This document shows positions 42,201-55,567 of a DNA stretch of 64,000 nt, piece after piece. Location of the stretch: assembly GCA_026023565.1 (NCBI GenBank), contig JAPETS010000001.1:1488001-1552000 (forward strand), in the 5' to 3' direction. The first letter of the stretch is position 1, and each line of letters begins with the position of its first letter. The notes below the pieces were generated by a model. That model saw only the letters and a list, made by a program, of their open reading frames with translations. It did not search any database and had not been told where the DNA came from. Source of the DNA: Cirrosporium novae-zelandiae (lineage: Eukaryota). Made by a program: the position numbers and the translations under genes.

Positions 42201-45200
42201 ATACGTATAATATTTTCTATATTATTTTTTCAAATAATTATTAAACGAATATTTTTTTTATTAAAAATTAAGATTCGGGATTTTTTAAAAATAATAAAAA
42301 AATTCGTTTTTATATAAAAAATTTTTTATTTTTAGTTTCTATCGCTATTCTCCCGTTTTTTATACGGAACGCTAGTATCGGGTTTCGGTTTTAGAATTTA
42401 TAATATTTTAATATTTTTTATTTTTATTAAATATTTTCGGGGTTTAAAAATTTATTTAAATCGTTTTTTTTTATATATATTTAAAAAAAATCGATTTATT
42501 TATTTTTTTTTTTAATTTTAATTAATTTTATAAATTTTTTAAATATTATTTTAATTTTTTTATAAATTTAACGTTTTTATTTCGTTTTTTTAAACGTTAT
42601 ATAATATTCGTATTTTTTAGCGATATATTCGGGATCCTACCAAATTTTCGATCAGACGTATACCCGTTTAAATTTTATATATTTATTTAAAATAATTTTT
42701 AGCTAAATAATAATTCTTTATATCTCGTTTTTTAGTTATATTTCCGTATAATCTACGATTAATATATTTCTCGCAATTAATTAGAACTCCTATTTTTATT
42801 TTATTTTAATTTATTATTAAAGGTTTTTTAGCGGTTTTAAATTCTATAAATTCGGGATTAATTAGTTTGTTTTTGGGCGGTAATCCTTTTATTCGAATTA
42901 AATAAAAACGTAGTCTAAATTAATTTTTAATTTATTATTTATATTATCGGTTACCGCGTTTATTAATTATTTTTAAAATAATTTTATTATAGAATTAATT
43001 ATTATTAAATTAATTATTAAATAATAAATCGATTTTTTTTTAAATTAAATATTTTAAATAATATCGTTTTATATTATTAAATTTTATTTTTTTATAAATA
43101 TTATTAAAAACGCGTCGTTTATATTAATAATTTATTCGGGTTTTTATATTAAATTATAAATATTAAAATCTTTTATTAATATTATTTTATTATTATTAAA
43201 AATAAATTTTTATTCTATATTTTATAAAATTTTTTTAAATTTTTATTATCGATTTTATTTTTAAAAATATATATTTTTTAATTTTTAATCGTAAACGTTA
43301 ATTATTTTAATCGGGTTTTTTATTTTTTCGTTTACGTTTATTATATTGATATTTAGCGTTATAAAATAAAAATAATTAATTAAATTAGTTTTTATAATTA
43401 TTTTAAAAACGACGTTTTTTCGATTTTTATATATAATAATAACCGTTTTTACGATTTTATATTTTATTTAAATCCTTTATTTAAATTAATAAAAATTTTA
43501 TATAAAATATAATATTTTTTTTTTTAGTTTTTGATTAAATTTCTGTAATAATATTATATTCGTTCCGGTTTATATAATCGATTTTAAAATTACGATTATT
43601 ATATCGTATTTTTTATAATAATTATATTATAATATTTTTATTTATAATTCGGATATATTATTATTTATTTACGGTACGGATATTACCGGTATTTTCGGTA
43701 TTATCGGTATTTCGAATATTATTTACGTTTTTTCCCCCGTTTTTTTCTAGGGTTCGGGGGCTTTTAGTCCCTGATTAGGGTTTTCTAGATTTATTTTTTT
43801 TTTTAGGGGGACCAACACGTAGAATAACTGTATAACGTTTTTTCGGCGTTTTTCCCTCGTATATTCTGCCCCTATTTTTCGGGTAGCTGGGCATTTTCCG
43901 TCTATAATTATATAAGGATCTAAATAGTTTATATATTTTAATAAAATATATATATAAACCCCCGTATACGCGGGCTTATATTTTATTATCCGACACTAAT
44001 GATTTTACGTTTCGTATATTTCCGCGTATATAATATATTTAGGGGTTTTATTCCTATATTCCAGGAATAGTTTATATTTTAATTAGGCGTATTTTAAATA
44101 CGTTTTATTTATTTTTAACGTAAATTATCGGGTATATCGAAATCTACGTTTTATTAAATAATAATTTTCGATTTTTTATTTTTCGTATATTATAAACGGG
44201 AGTTTTATTTTAATCGAAATAATATATTTTTTTAATATAAACCCGGTTCGTACTTATTTTTAACGATATTTTTCCGGTGTTATTTATACGATTATCGTGT
44301 CGCGGGATAATTAATATATATTTTCTAGATTTTTTTTTATTAGATTTAATTTATCTAAACGTTTAAATATTTTTAAAGATATTTTCTATATTTTTATTTA
44401 ATATAAGGTTTTTAATAAATATATATTTATTATCGTATTATTTATTCTCGTTATAATTTTTAGAATTTTTTATTTATATTTAGGTATTAATATACCCGTA
44501 TTAGTTTTTTTATCCAATATAATTTTTAAATTGTTTTTTTTATTAATATAGATTTCTCGCACCCGTAATTTAGGCGATACGTTTAATTCAATTAATTTAA
44601 TATTAATCGCTATTATTATTAATATCGTAGAACCCGAATATTCGGTTTTTTTTTTATTAAAAATCAGTATTTTCTGATTTTCAATTTTTGTATCCCCGTT
44701 TGCGGAATTAGTACGTTTTTTTTTACGGGATTTAATTATTTATTATTTTTTATTAGATTTATTTATTATTTTATTAGCTATATTAATATAAATAAATCCT
44801 GTAGATTCCGGCGTTATTTTTATAGGATTTTATTTCGGGGTCTTCGGTATTAACGATAGGGTTTCCTATTTAATTATTTTTATTATTTATTAGAGATTTT
44901 TCTAAATTTTTTTATTCGTTTATATTATTATCCGCGTACTAAATATTTATAATCTAATTATTATATCCGTTCAGGATATTATTAAAAAAAATATTATTTT
45001 TTTTTTTTTTATTATTTATTCGGGTTTAATTATTAGGATTATAGAATTTTTATTTATAGAATTTTCCGCCCCGTTATATATAATTTTTACGGTTTTTATC
45101 CGGATTTATAATATTTAGATTATTATTATAATTATTTTTTTAATTATTAAAAATTTTTATTTAATCATATATAATTTTTTTTAAATTTTTTTTAAATTTT

Positions 45201-45726
45201 TATAATTTTATTATTTCGTTTTTTTAAAACGATTATTTAAATTTTTAAATTAAAAAATATTTTTCGTAATTATATTATAAAATCGTCGGTTTTTAGAATT
45301 TAATATATTTTTTTTTCGATTACGGGAAATATACGTATTATTATATATTTAATCGTTTATTTAATTAAAATATTTTAATTATTAATTTATTTTTTTTTAT
45401 AAAATTTTTCGACGATATTTTTCCGTTTAATGGTTTTTTTTTTAAAATAAAAATCGTAATACCGAATTACTAAATTTTATTATAAAATTTTATTTTAATT
45501 TATTCGATTCGTTTTTTAAACATTATCGTTTTTTCGTATCCGTTTAATTTTCGTTAACGATATATATTTTTTTAGTTTTTAATATTTTTTTATTATTGCT
45601 AGATTCTATAAATTTTAAATAAATATTAATTGTTTCGTATAACGGTCGTCACAATAATGAATTGATTTAGTAGCGCGGGATCACCAAAAAACGTTTTTTT
45701 TTTCCTTAATTTAGAAATTCCTGTAT
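39291..45726 (-). mobile_element. Tad1-like LINE, copy E, full length, nested in D
   Basis: GATGATGATG tail at 39291. FVDD relic at ~41503-41517. 5' A-tract ends at 45703. 14-bp TSD TAATTTATATAATT at 39277-39290 and 45727-45740. Confidence 0.93.
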
Positions 45727-46395
45727 TAATTTATATAATTAATTTTAGAATTATAATCGTTATATCGTATTTTTTATAATAATTATATTATAATATTTTT
45801 ATTTATAATTCGGATATATTATTATTTATTTACGATACGAGTATTACCGATATTTTCGGTATTATCGGTATTTCGGATATTATTTACGTTTTTTCCTCTA
45901 TTTTTTCCTAGATTTCTGATTCGGGGGTTTTTGATTTTTAATTAAAATTCTATAGATTTATTTTTTTTTTTAAAAGGACAAATATATAAAACAATTATAT
46001 AACGTTTTTTCGGCGTTTTTTTTTCGTATATTCTGCCCCTGTTTTTCGGGTAACTGGGTATCTTCCGTTCGTGGCTATATAGGGGCCTAGACAGTTTGTA
46101 TATTTCAATAGAATATATATACAAACCCCCGTATATATGGGTTTATATTCTACTATCCAACACCAGTGATTTTGCGTTTCGTATATTTCCGCGTATATAG
46201 TATATTTAGGGGTTTTATCCCTATATTCCAGGAATAATTTATGTTTTAATTAAATATATTTTAGGCACGTTTTATTTATTTCTAACGTAAATTATCGGGT
46301 ATATCGAAATCTATATTCTATTAGATAATATTTTTCGATTTTTTATTTTTCGTATATTATAAACGGGAATTTTATTTTAATTAAAATAATATATT

Positions 46396-49300
46396 AATGG
46401 AACAATCGGAAACTGAAAAAAAAACGCTTTTGGTGATCCCGCGCTACCAAATCAATTCACTATTATAACGACTATTATACGAAATAATTAATATTTATCT
46501 AAAATCTATAAAATCTAATAATAATAAAAAAATATCGGGAATTAAAAACGTACGTACCGTTAACGAGAATTAAATAAATATAAAAAAATAATAATATTTA
46601 AAAAACGAATTAAATAAATCGGAATAAAATTTTATAATAAAATTTAATAATTTAATATTACGATTTTTATTCTAAAAAAAAAACGATTAAATAAAAAAAT
46701 ATTATTAAAAGATTTTATAAAAAAAAAAAAATTCTAAAAAAAAATAAATTAATAATTAAATATATAATAATACGTATATTTCCCGTAATCGAAAAAAAAA
46801 TATATTAGATTCTAAAAACCGACGATTTTACGGTATAATTACGAAAAATATTTTTCGGTTTAAAAACCCGAATAATCGTTTTAAAAAAATGAAACAATAA
46901 AATTATAAAAATTTAAAAAAAAAAACCAAAAAAAATTATATATAATTAAATAAAAATTTTTAATAATTAAAAAAATAATTATAATAATAATTTAAATATT
47001 ATAAATTTAAATAAAAATTATAAAAATTATATATAACGGGGCGGAAAATTTTATAAATAAAAATTATATATAACGGGGCGGAAAATTTTATAAATAAAAA
47101 TTATATAATTCTAATAATTAAATCCGAACGGATAATAAAAAAAAAAATAATATTTTTTTTAATAATATTTCGAGCGGATATAATAGCCGGATCGTAGATA
47201 TTTAATATATAAATAATAATATAAATAAATAAAAAAATCTAGAAAAATTCCTAATAAACGATAAAAATAATTAAATAGAAAACCCTATTATTAATACCGA
47301 AAACCCCGAAATAGATTCTTATAAAAATAACGCCGGAATCTACGGGGTTTATTTATATTAAAATAGCTAATAAAATAGCAGATAAATCTAATAAAAAATA
47401 ATAAATAATCAAACCCCGTAAAAAAGAACGCACTGGTTCCGCAGACGGGAATACAAAAACTGAAAATCAGAAAATACTGATTTTTAACAGAAAAAAAATT
47501 AAATATTTAGATTTTATAATATTAATAATAACGGCGATCAATATTAAATTAATTGATTTAGACGTACCGCCTAAATTACGGATACGGGAAATCTATATTA
47601 ATAAAAAAAACAATTTAAAAACTATATTTAATAAAAAAATTAATACGGGTATATTAATATCTAAATATAAATAAAAAATTTTAAAAATTATAATAAAAAT
47701 AAATAACGTAATAATAAATATATATTTATTAGAAATTTTATATTAAATAAAAATATAAAAAATATTTCTAAAAATATTTAGGGATTTAAATAAATTAAAT
47801 CTAATAAAAAAAAATTTAAAAAAAATTTATTAATTATCCCGAAATACGATAATCGTATAAATAACGCCGGAAAAATATCGTTAAAAATAAATACGAATTA
47901 GATTAATATTAAAAAAATATATTATTTCAATTAAAATAAAATTCCCGTTTATAATATACGAAAAATAAAGAATCGAAAATTATTATTTAACGGAATATAG
48001 ATTTCGATATACCCGATAATTTACGTTAGAAATAAATAAAACGTATCTAAAATATATTTAATTAAAATATAAATTATTCTTGGAATATAAAAATAAAGCC
48101 CCTAAATATACGATATACGCGGAAATATACGAAATATAAAACTATCGGTATCGGATAATAGAATATAAACCCGCGTATATAAAGGTTTATATATATATTT
48201 TATTGAAATATATAAATTATTTAGGCCCCTATATAGCTACGGACGGAAAATACCCAGCTACCTAAAAAACAGGGGCAGAATATACGAGAAAAAAACACCA
48301 AAAAAACGTTATATATTTATTTTACGTACTAATCCTCCTAAAAAAAAAAACAAATCTAAAAAATTTTAATTAAAAATTAAAAATCCCCAAATCTTAAAAA
48401 AAAATAAAAAAAAAACGTAAATAATACCCGAAATACCGATAATACCGATAATATTAATAATATTTATACCGTAAATAAATAACGATATATCCGAATTATA
48501 AATAAAAATATTATAATATAATTATTATAAAAAATACGATATAATAATCGTAATTTTAAAATCGATTATATAAACCGGAACGAATATAATATTATTATAA
48601 AAATCTAATCAAAAATTAAAAAAAAAAATATTATATCCAGTATAAGATTTTTATTAACCCGAATTAAGGATTTAAATAAAATATAAAATCGTAAAAACGG
48701 TTATTATTATACGTAAAAATCGAAAAAATATTATTTTTAAAATAATCGTAAAAACCGATCTAATTAATTATTTTTATTTCGTAACGCTGGATATTAATAT
48801 AATAAACGTAAACGGAAAAATTAAAAATCTGATTAAAATAATTAACGTTTACGATTAAAAATTAAAAAACGTATATTTCTAAAAATAAAACCGATAATAA
48901 AAATTTAAAAAAATTTTATAAAATATAAAATAAAAATTTATTTTTAATAATAATAAAATAATATTAATAAAAAATTTTAATATTTATAATTTAATATAAA
49001 AATCCGAATAAATTATTTATATAAACGATACGTTTTTAATAACGTTTATAAAAAAATAGAATTTAATAATATAAAATAATACCGTTCAAAATATTTGATT
49101 CGGAAAAAAATCGGTTCGTTATTTAATAATTAATTTAATAATAATTAATCCCGCGATAAAACCGTTTTAAAAATAATTAATAAACGCGGTAATCGATAAT
49201 ATAAATAATAAATTAAAAATTGGTTTAAATTATATTTTTATTTATTTCGAATAAAAAAATTACTGCCCAAAAATAAATTAGCTAATTCTGAATTCGTAAA

Positions 49301-52300
49301 ATTTAAAACCGTTGGAAAACCCTTAATAATAAATTAAAACGAAATAAAAATAAAAATTCTGATTAATTACGAAAAATATATTAGTCGCAGATTATACGGA
49401 AACGTAATTAAAAAACGAAATATAAAAAATCATTATTTAATTAAAAATTATTTTAAATAAATATATAAAATTTAAACGGATATATATTTGATCGAAAATA
49501 TAATAAAACCCCGAATATATTATTAAAAAACACGAATATTATATAATATTTAAAAAAACGAAATAAAAACGCCGAATTTATAAAAAAATTAAAACGATAT
49601 TTAAAAAATTTATAAAATTAATTAAAATTAAAAAAAAAAATAAATAAATTAATTTTTTTTAAATATATATAAAAAAAACAATTTAAATAAATTTTTAAAT
49701 CCCGAAAATATTTAGCGGAAATAAAAAATATTAAAATATTATAAATTTCAAAACTGAAACCTAATATTAGCGCTCCGTATAAAAAACGGGAGAATAACGA
49801 TAGAAATTAAAAATAAAAAAATTTTTATACGGGAACGAGTTTTTCTGCTATTTTTAAAAAATCCCGAATTTCGGTTTTTAATAAAAAAAATATTCGTTTA
49901 ATAATTATCCGAGAAAATAATACGGAAAACGTTATATATATAAAAAATAAATAAAGCTCTAAAATATAACGGAATTTAATTTAGAACGCTCCGTATATTA
50001 TAATAATAGGATTTTTATAAAATAACAGAAATAATCCGATATTATTTTCGATTAAAATATTATCCAATATAATAAAAATATATCTAGGGAATATTATTAT
50101 TTAAATCTAGAAAAACCGATAAAATATTAATTAAAAATTATAAAATAATAAATTTATTATATTATTTAAATAAAATAATCGAAAAAATTATAATTAACGC
50201 GCTAATAAATATATACGAAAATCTAAATAAATTATATAATAATTAATTTAGATCGAAACGTAATTAAAATACGATCGATATATTTATATATTTAATATAT
50301 CGAATAAAAAAAGAATTTAATCGAAAATAAATAATTTATATTTTATTTATAAATATAAAAAAAACGTTTAATTATATATTACGATTTAAATTAATATAAC
50401 GTTTAAAATAATTAGAAATCAATAGAAATATTATTAAATAAATAATTAATTTTATAATCTAACGAAATATCGAATTAATAATCGACGGAGAAATATAATC
50501 CTGAATCAATATAAAAATAAAAATATTATAAAAATTACTCGTATCCCTAATATTATTTCTAATATATTATAACGGGTTATTCGTAGCCGTAGAATAAACG
50601 GTTTTTAGAATTAAAATTCTATTATTCGTGGACGACGTGAGTTTCTCGATCATCTAAATAAATAATAAATAAATCTGGAAAATTATTTAATAAATAATAA
50701 AAACGGCGGTCTAATAAAAAAAAAAATTAAATTTGAATTTAATATTTAAAAAATTGAGATTATAATTTTTTTTAAATTACGTAAATACCAAATTTAAATA
50801 AATATTAAATCGAAAATTAGGATCGATAATTATTTAATCGAATATAAAAAAAATTATATACGGTGGATAAACGTATAATTAAACCCGAAATTTAATTTCT
50901 AAATCTATTACGTCCAACGATTAATTAAAATCCGACGTACGAAAAACGTAGTTAAATATATATATTACCGAAACGGGCTATTTACGGGATTTATACGCTA
51001 AATAATCGTAACGATTATAATATTAATTTATATATATAAATATAAAATTTAATAAAAAAAATAAACCAGCTATTAAATAAAATTTCAAAAATTATTAAAT
51101 AAATTTATTAGATTAATAACGGGGATTTATAAAATAATTTTAATAATAACGGTTATATAAAAAATTTATATATATTCTATAAACGTAATATTAAATACCG
51201 CGTAAAAAAAATATAGATTTTAATATTTTTAAAAAATTGAAAAAAATTTAACGAATCTAATATTATCGATAACGTTTAAAATAAAAAATATAAATATTTA
51301 ATTAAAAAAATAATTATTAAAAAATTTCTAATAAATTTAAAAAATTAAAAAAAATATATTAAATTAATATTTAATTATAACGATAATCTAAAAAATAATA
51401 AATTTAAATTTTAAAATCGAAAAAATTTAAATAATCGAAAAAAATAGATTTTTAAAAAAAATAATAATATTTTTAAAATAATAAATTTTTAACGAAACGT
51501 TAATATAAAATTAGAAAAATATATATTAATCGAACGGATTTAAATTAAAAAATTATAAAATAAAAACAGGAATAATCTAAAAAATAATCGAAAAAATTTT
51601 ATAAATAATACGGAAATATTATTTAAATTAAAATAAAAAAATATTCGATATAAAATTTTAGAAAATGTAAAGAATTTTATAAATAATAATTAAAACGTAT
51701 CTAAATAATTATAAAATCTCCGGAAAAAAAATAATAATATTATTTAATTCATAAACGGCTATCAAATAAATCGAAAAAAAAAAATTAAAAAAAAATTAAA
51801 TAATCGTATAAAAAATATACGAATATATTAAATATTTAATCGATTAAAAAATAAAAATTATTATTAAATAAATCCTAAAATATTATAAAATATTAAAAAA
51901 CGAAATAATAAATTAAATAATTAAAATAAATACGGCGCTAAAAAATAATAAAATAATCGAATAAATTTCGTTAATTTATATAATCTATAATATAATAAAA
52001 AAATAAATTATAAAAACGTATAATTAATTATATAATTAATAAATAAAAAAATCGCCCGATAAACCGTATTAAATATATTTAAAATATAAAAAAAATCGGG
52101 TATTAAAATACGCGCCTAAAAAATTGATAAATAGATTTTATTAAATAAAAACGGGGTACGCCGCTACCGGAAAATATATATACCGTACGAAAATTATTAT
52201 TATTCCAGAATATTAATAATACGAAATTTTATATTAAAACGTTTTTTATTTAATATTAATATACCCGCGCTAGAGAACGGTTAAAACCCGGTTACGGGGA

Positions 52301-52863
52301 ATAATAAAAATATAAAAAGGCCAATAATCCAGTATAACCGAAAAAAAAAACTAGTATTCGTATTAAAAAACCGAAAATTTTTTAAAAATTAAATACGTTT
52401 TTTAGGCGATACGGAAATAAGGAAACCCCAATATTAGACCAAACACGAAATAGAAAATCGTGAAATATACCTGGATTAAAAATAGGTAGAACCCGGACAC
52501 GGGGGGGAAGACGATCCAGAGACAGGTATTAAATAAAAATTGGGCCCGTAATAGATACGCGGGATAAGCGCATACGTGAGCAAAAACGGAAAAAAAATCG
52601 AAAATAAATGCGAATAGGCCTATTTATAGGTTATAAACACCGAAATAACGCTAAAAAACTATTCGGTTAAATAAATCAGGTGATTCTAAGAAATCTAAAA
52701 AAAGGGGGGAAACTATATAACCGAACCAGAGGGGTAATCCCCACTACCGTAATTAAAAGTAAGCCCGAAAAAGGATATAAAAGGGCCTAAAAACCCCCAA
52801 ATAGAGTCCGTCATAGCTTCTAAGCGATATATGGACATAAAACAATGAATAATCATCATCATC
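46396..52863 (+). mobile_element. Tad1-like LINE, copy F, full length, nested in D
   Basis: 5' AAAAAAAAACGCTTTTGGTGATCCCGCG. FVDD at ~50625-50636. Tail AATCATCATCATC. 17-bp TSD AATTAAAATAATATATT at 46379-46395 and 52864-52880. Confidence 0.95.
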
Positions 52864-53315
52864 AATTAAAATAATATATTTTTTTAATATAAACCCGGTT
52901 CGTATTTATTTTTAATAATATTTTTCCGGTATTATTTATATAATTACTATATTTCGGAATAATTAATAAATTCTTTTTAAATTTTTTTTTATTAAATTTA
53001 ATTTATTTAGATTTTTAAATATTTCTAAAAATATTTTTTATATTTTTATTTAATATAAGATTTTTAATAAATATATATTTATTATCGTGTTATTTATTTT
53101 CGTTATAATTTTTAGAATTTTTTATTTATATTTAAATATTAATATACCCGTATTAATTTTTTTATTGAACGTGGCCTTTAAATTGTTTTCTTTATTAATA
53201 TAGGTTTCCCGTACCCGTAACTCAGGCGGTACGCCTAAATTAATTAATTTAGCGTTGATCGCCGTTACTATTGATACCGTAGGGCCCGAATATTCGGTCC
53301 TTTCTCTATTAAAAA

Positions 53316-53568
53316 TGTAACGGCGTGCCAAGCATATACGCTTCGTAGGCGTATAGGCGAGGCTTGGCGCGTGGCCAAACCTTTATATAGGAGAACGCTG
53401 CTTGATTTATCAAAATAGCGTTCGATTTTTGTATTTATAGAAAAAGTATTTCGAAAACTATTATTATTATTTGCGTCTTATATACGAATAGTACGTTATA
53501 TCTATTAGTTATATATTCTATTGCCTCACTAGTCTACCACACTACCTGTACTAAGCGCTGCCTTCACA
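53316..53568. mobile_element. Solo LTR (253 bp, second LTR family)
   Basis: TGTAACGG...CTTCACA. TSD AAAAA at 53311-53315 and 53569-53573. Interrupts LINE D ORF1. Confidence 0.9.
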
Positions 53569-54670
53569 AAAAATCAGTATTTTCTGATTTTCAGTTTTTG
53601 TGTCCCCGCCTGCGGAGCCAGTACGTTTTTTCTTACGGGGTTTAATTATTTGCTATTTTTTATTAAATTTATCTATTATTTTACTGGCTATTTTGGTATA
53701 AATAAACCCCGTAGATTCCGGCGTTATTTTTATAGAAACCTGTTTTAGGGCCTTCGGTGCCAGCGGTAGAGCTTTCTATTTAATTATTTTTACCGTTTAT
53801 TAAAGGTTTTTCTGGGTTTTTTTATCCGTTTATATTATTGTCCGCGTATTAGGTATCTACAATCTAATTATTATACCCGTTCGGGATATTATTAAAAAAA
53901 ATATAATTTTTTTTTTTTTTATTATTTGTTCGGATTTAATTATTGAGATTATATAATTTTTATTTATAAAATTTTCCGCCCTATTATATATAATTTTTAT
54001 AATTTTTATTTAAATTTATAATATCTAGATTATTATTATAATTATTTTTTTAATTATTAAAAATTTTTATTTAATCGTATATAATTTTTTTTAATTTTTT
54101 TTTTAAATTTTTATAATTTTATTATTTCGTTTTTTTAGAACGATTATTCGGGTTTTTAAATCGAAAAATATCTCCCGTAATTATATTATAAAATCGTCGG
54201 TTTTTAAAATTTAATATATTTTTTTTTAATTACGGGAAATATATATATTATTATTTATTTAACTATTTATTCGATTAAAATATCCTGATTATTAATTTAT
54301 TCTTTTTTATAAAATTTTTCGACGACGTTTTTTTATTTAATCGTTTTTTTTTTAGAATAAAAATCGTAATACCGAATCGCTAAATTTTATTATAAAATTT
54401 TATTCCGATTCGTTCGATTCGTTTTTTAGGCGTTATCGTTTTTTCGTATCCGTTTGATTCTCGTTAACGGTACGTATTTTTTTAATTCCCGATATTTCCC
54501 TATTGCTGCTAGATTTTATAGACCTTAAATAAATGTTAACTGTTTCGTATAACGGTCGTCACAATAGTGAATTGATTTGGTGGCGCGGGGTCACCAAAAA
54601 GCGTTTTTTTTTCGTATTATTATTGCCGTTATATCTAGGATTAATACATAAATAAATAAGAAATTAATTC

Positions 54671-54923
54671 TGTAACGGCGTGCCAAGCATATGCGCTTCG
54701 TAGGCGTATAGGCGAGGCTTGGCGCGTGGCCAAACCTTTATGTAGGAGAACGCTGCTTGATTCATCAAAGCAGCGTTCGATTTTTATATCTACAGAAAGA
54801 GCACTTCGAAAGCTATCATTATTACTTGCGTTTTGCATACGAATAGCACATTATACCTATTAGTTATATATTCTATTGCCTCACTAGTCTACCACACTGC
54901 CTGTACTAAGCGCTGCCTTCACA
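54671..54923. mobile_element. Solo LTR (253 bp, same family as 53316-53568)
   Basis: TGTAACGG...CTTCACA. Own TSD AATTC at 54666-54670 and 54924-54928. Confidence 0.92.
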
Positions 54924-55049
54924 AATTCCCATTATTTTAACTAAAAATAAACCCGTAAAAAGATATAAAAAAGTCTAAAACCTTTAAATAGAATCCGTCA
55001 TAGCTTCTAAGCGATATATAGATATAAAACAATGAATAATCATCATTAT
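54924..55049 (+). mobile_element. Short LINE 3'-end fragment at the repeat/gene boundary
   Basis: ...GTCATAGCTTCTAAGCGATATATAGATATAAAACAATGAATAATCATCATT matches the family 3' end. Confidence 0.85.
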
Positions 55050-55567
55050 ATAAACATTCGACACTACACTACTTCTATATTACTCTACAAAGTAGAATTT
55101 GTTCAACACTAGTATTACCCTACCACTACCCCAAATATTTAACACTTGCGGCCGTTCTAATTATTATTCTTCTCTTTGTTTCCTCTTCTATTGCACTGCT
55201 AATTTATCACTTGCTCTACGTCCTAACTTCTCCACTCTCTACACAATACCTCTCAAATCCATATAATTTGAATAAGAATCTTCATTTCATCTTGTTATTT
55301 GCCTGCAACTTATTGTTCTTAATTTAAAAATGGGATCGCTGGCTTTTCCTCGTCTGATGAAAATAGTTACTGCTAGCATAAAGAGCCTACTATGCTTGAA
55401 TAAAACCATGAAACGGCCTCATCCCAGCCTGGGGATGATCCGAAGGGACAAAAAATGTGTATAAAAGTGACAAGAAACGAATTATGAACCAGCCTTATCA
55501 ATCCCTGCTCTTAAGACAAGTTCCGCAGAACTACCTACTCTAAGGTAGAGAGAGAAGGTGCCGAGAA

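Larger units (their letters stand above)
31329..54612 (-). mobile_element. Tad1-like LINE, copy D: host element split into 31329-33918, 37662-39290, 45727-46395, 52864-53315 and 53569-54612 by four later insertions
   Basis: Pieces rejoin colinearly across each TSD. 3' tail at 31329 and 5' end at 54570-54612. ORF track 53122..53331 is a fragment of its ORF1. Confidence 0.88.

Noticed and set aside
54540..54575. Hammerhead-like core in the LINE 5' UTR (minus strand TGACGA...GAAAC)
   Set aside because: It lacks the C of CUGANGA, a closing stem II pair and a stem I. It is better explained as a simple hairpin.
53316..54923. The two 253-bp direct repeats as the LTR pair of one small element (TRIM)
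   Set aside because: Each repeat has its own 5-bp TSD, and the DNA between them is mostly the 5' part of LINE D.
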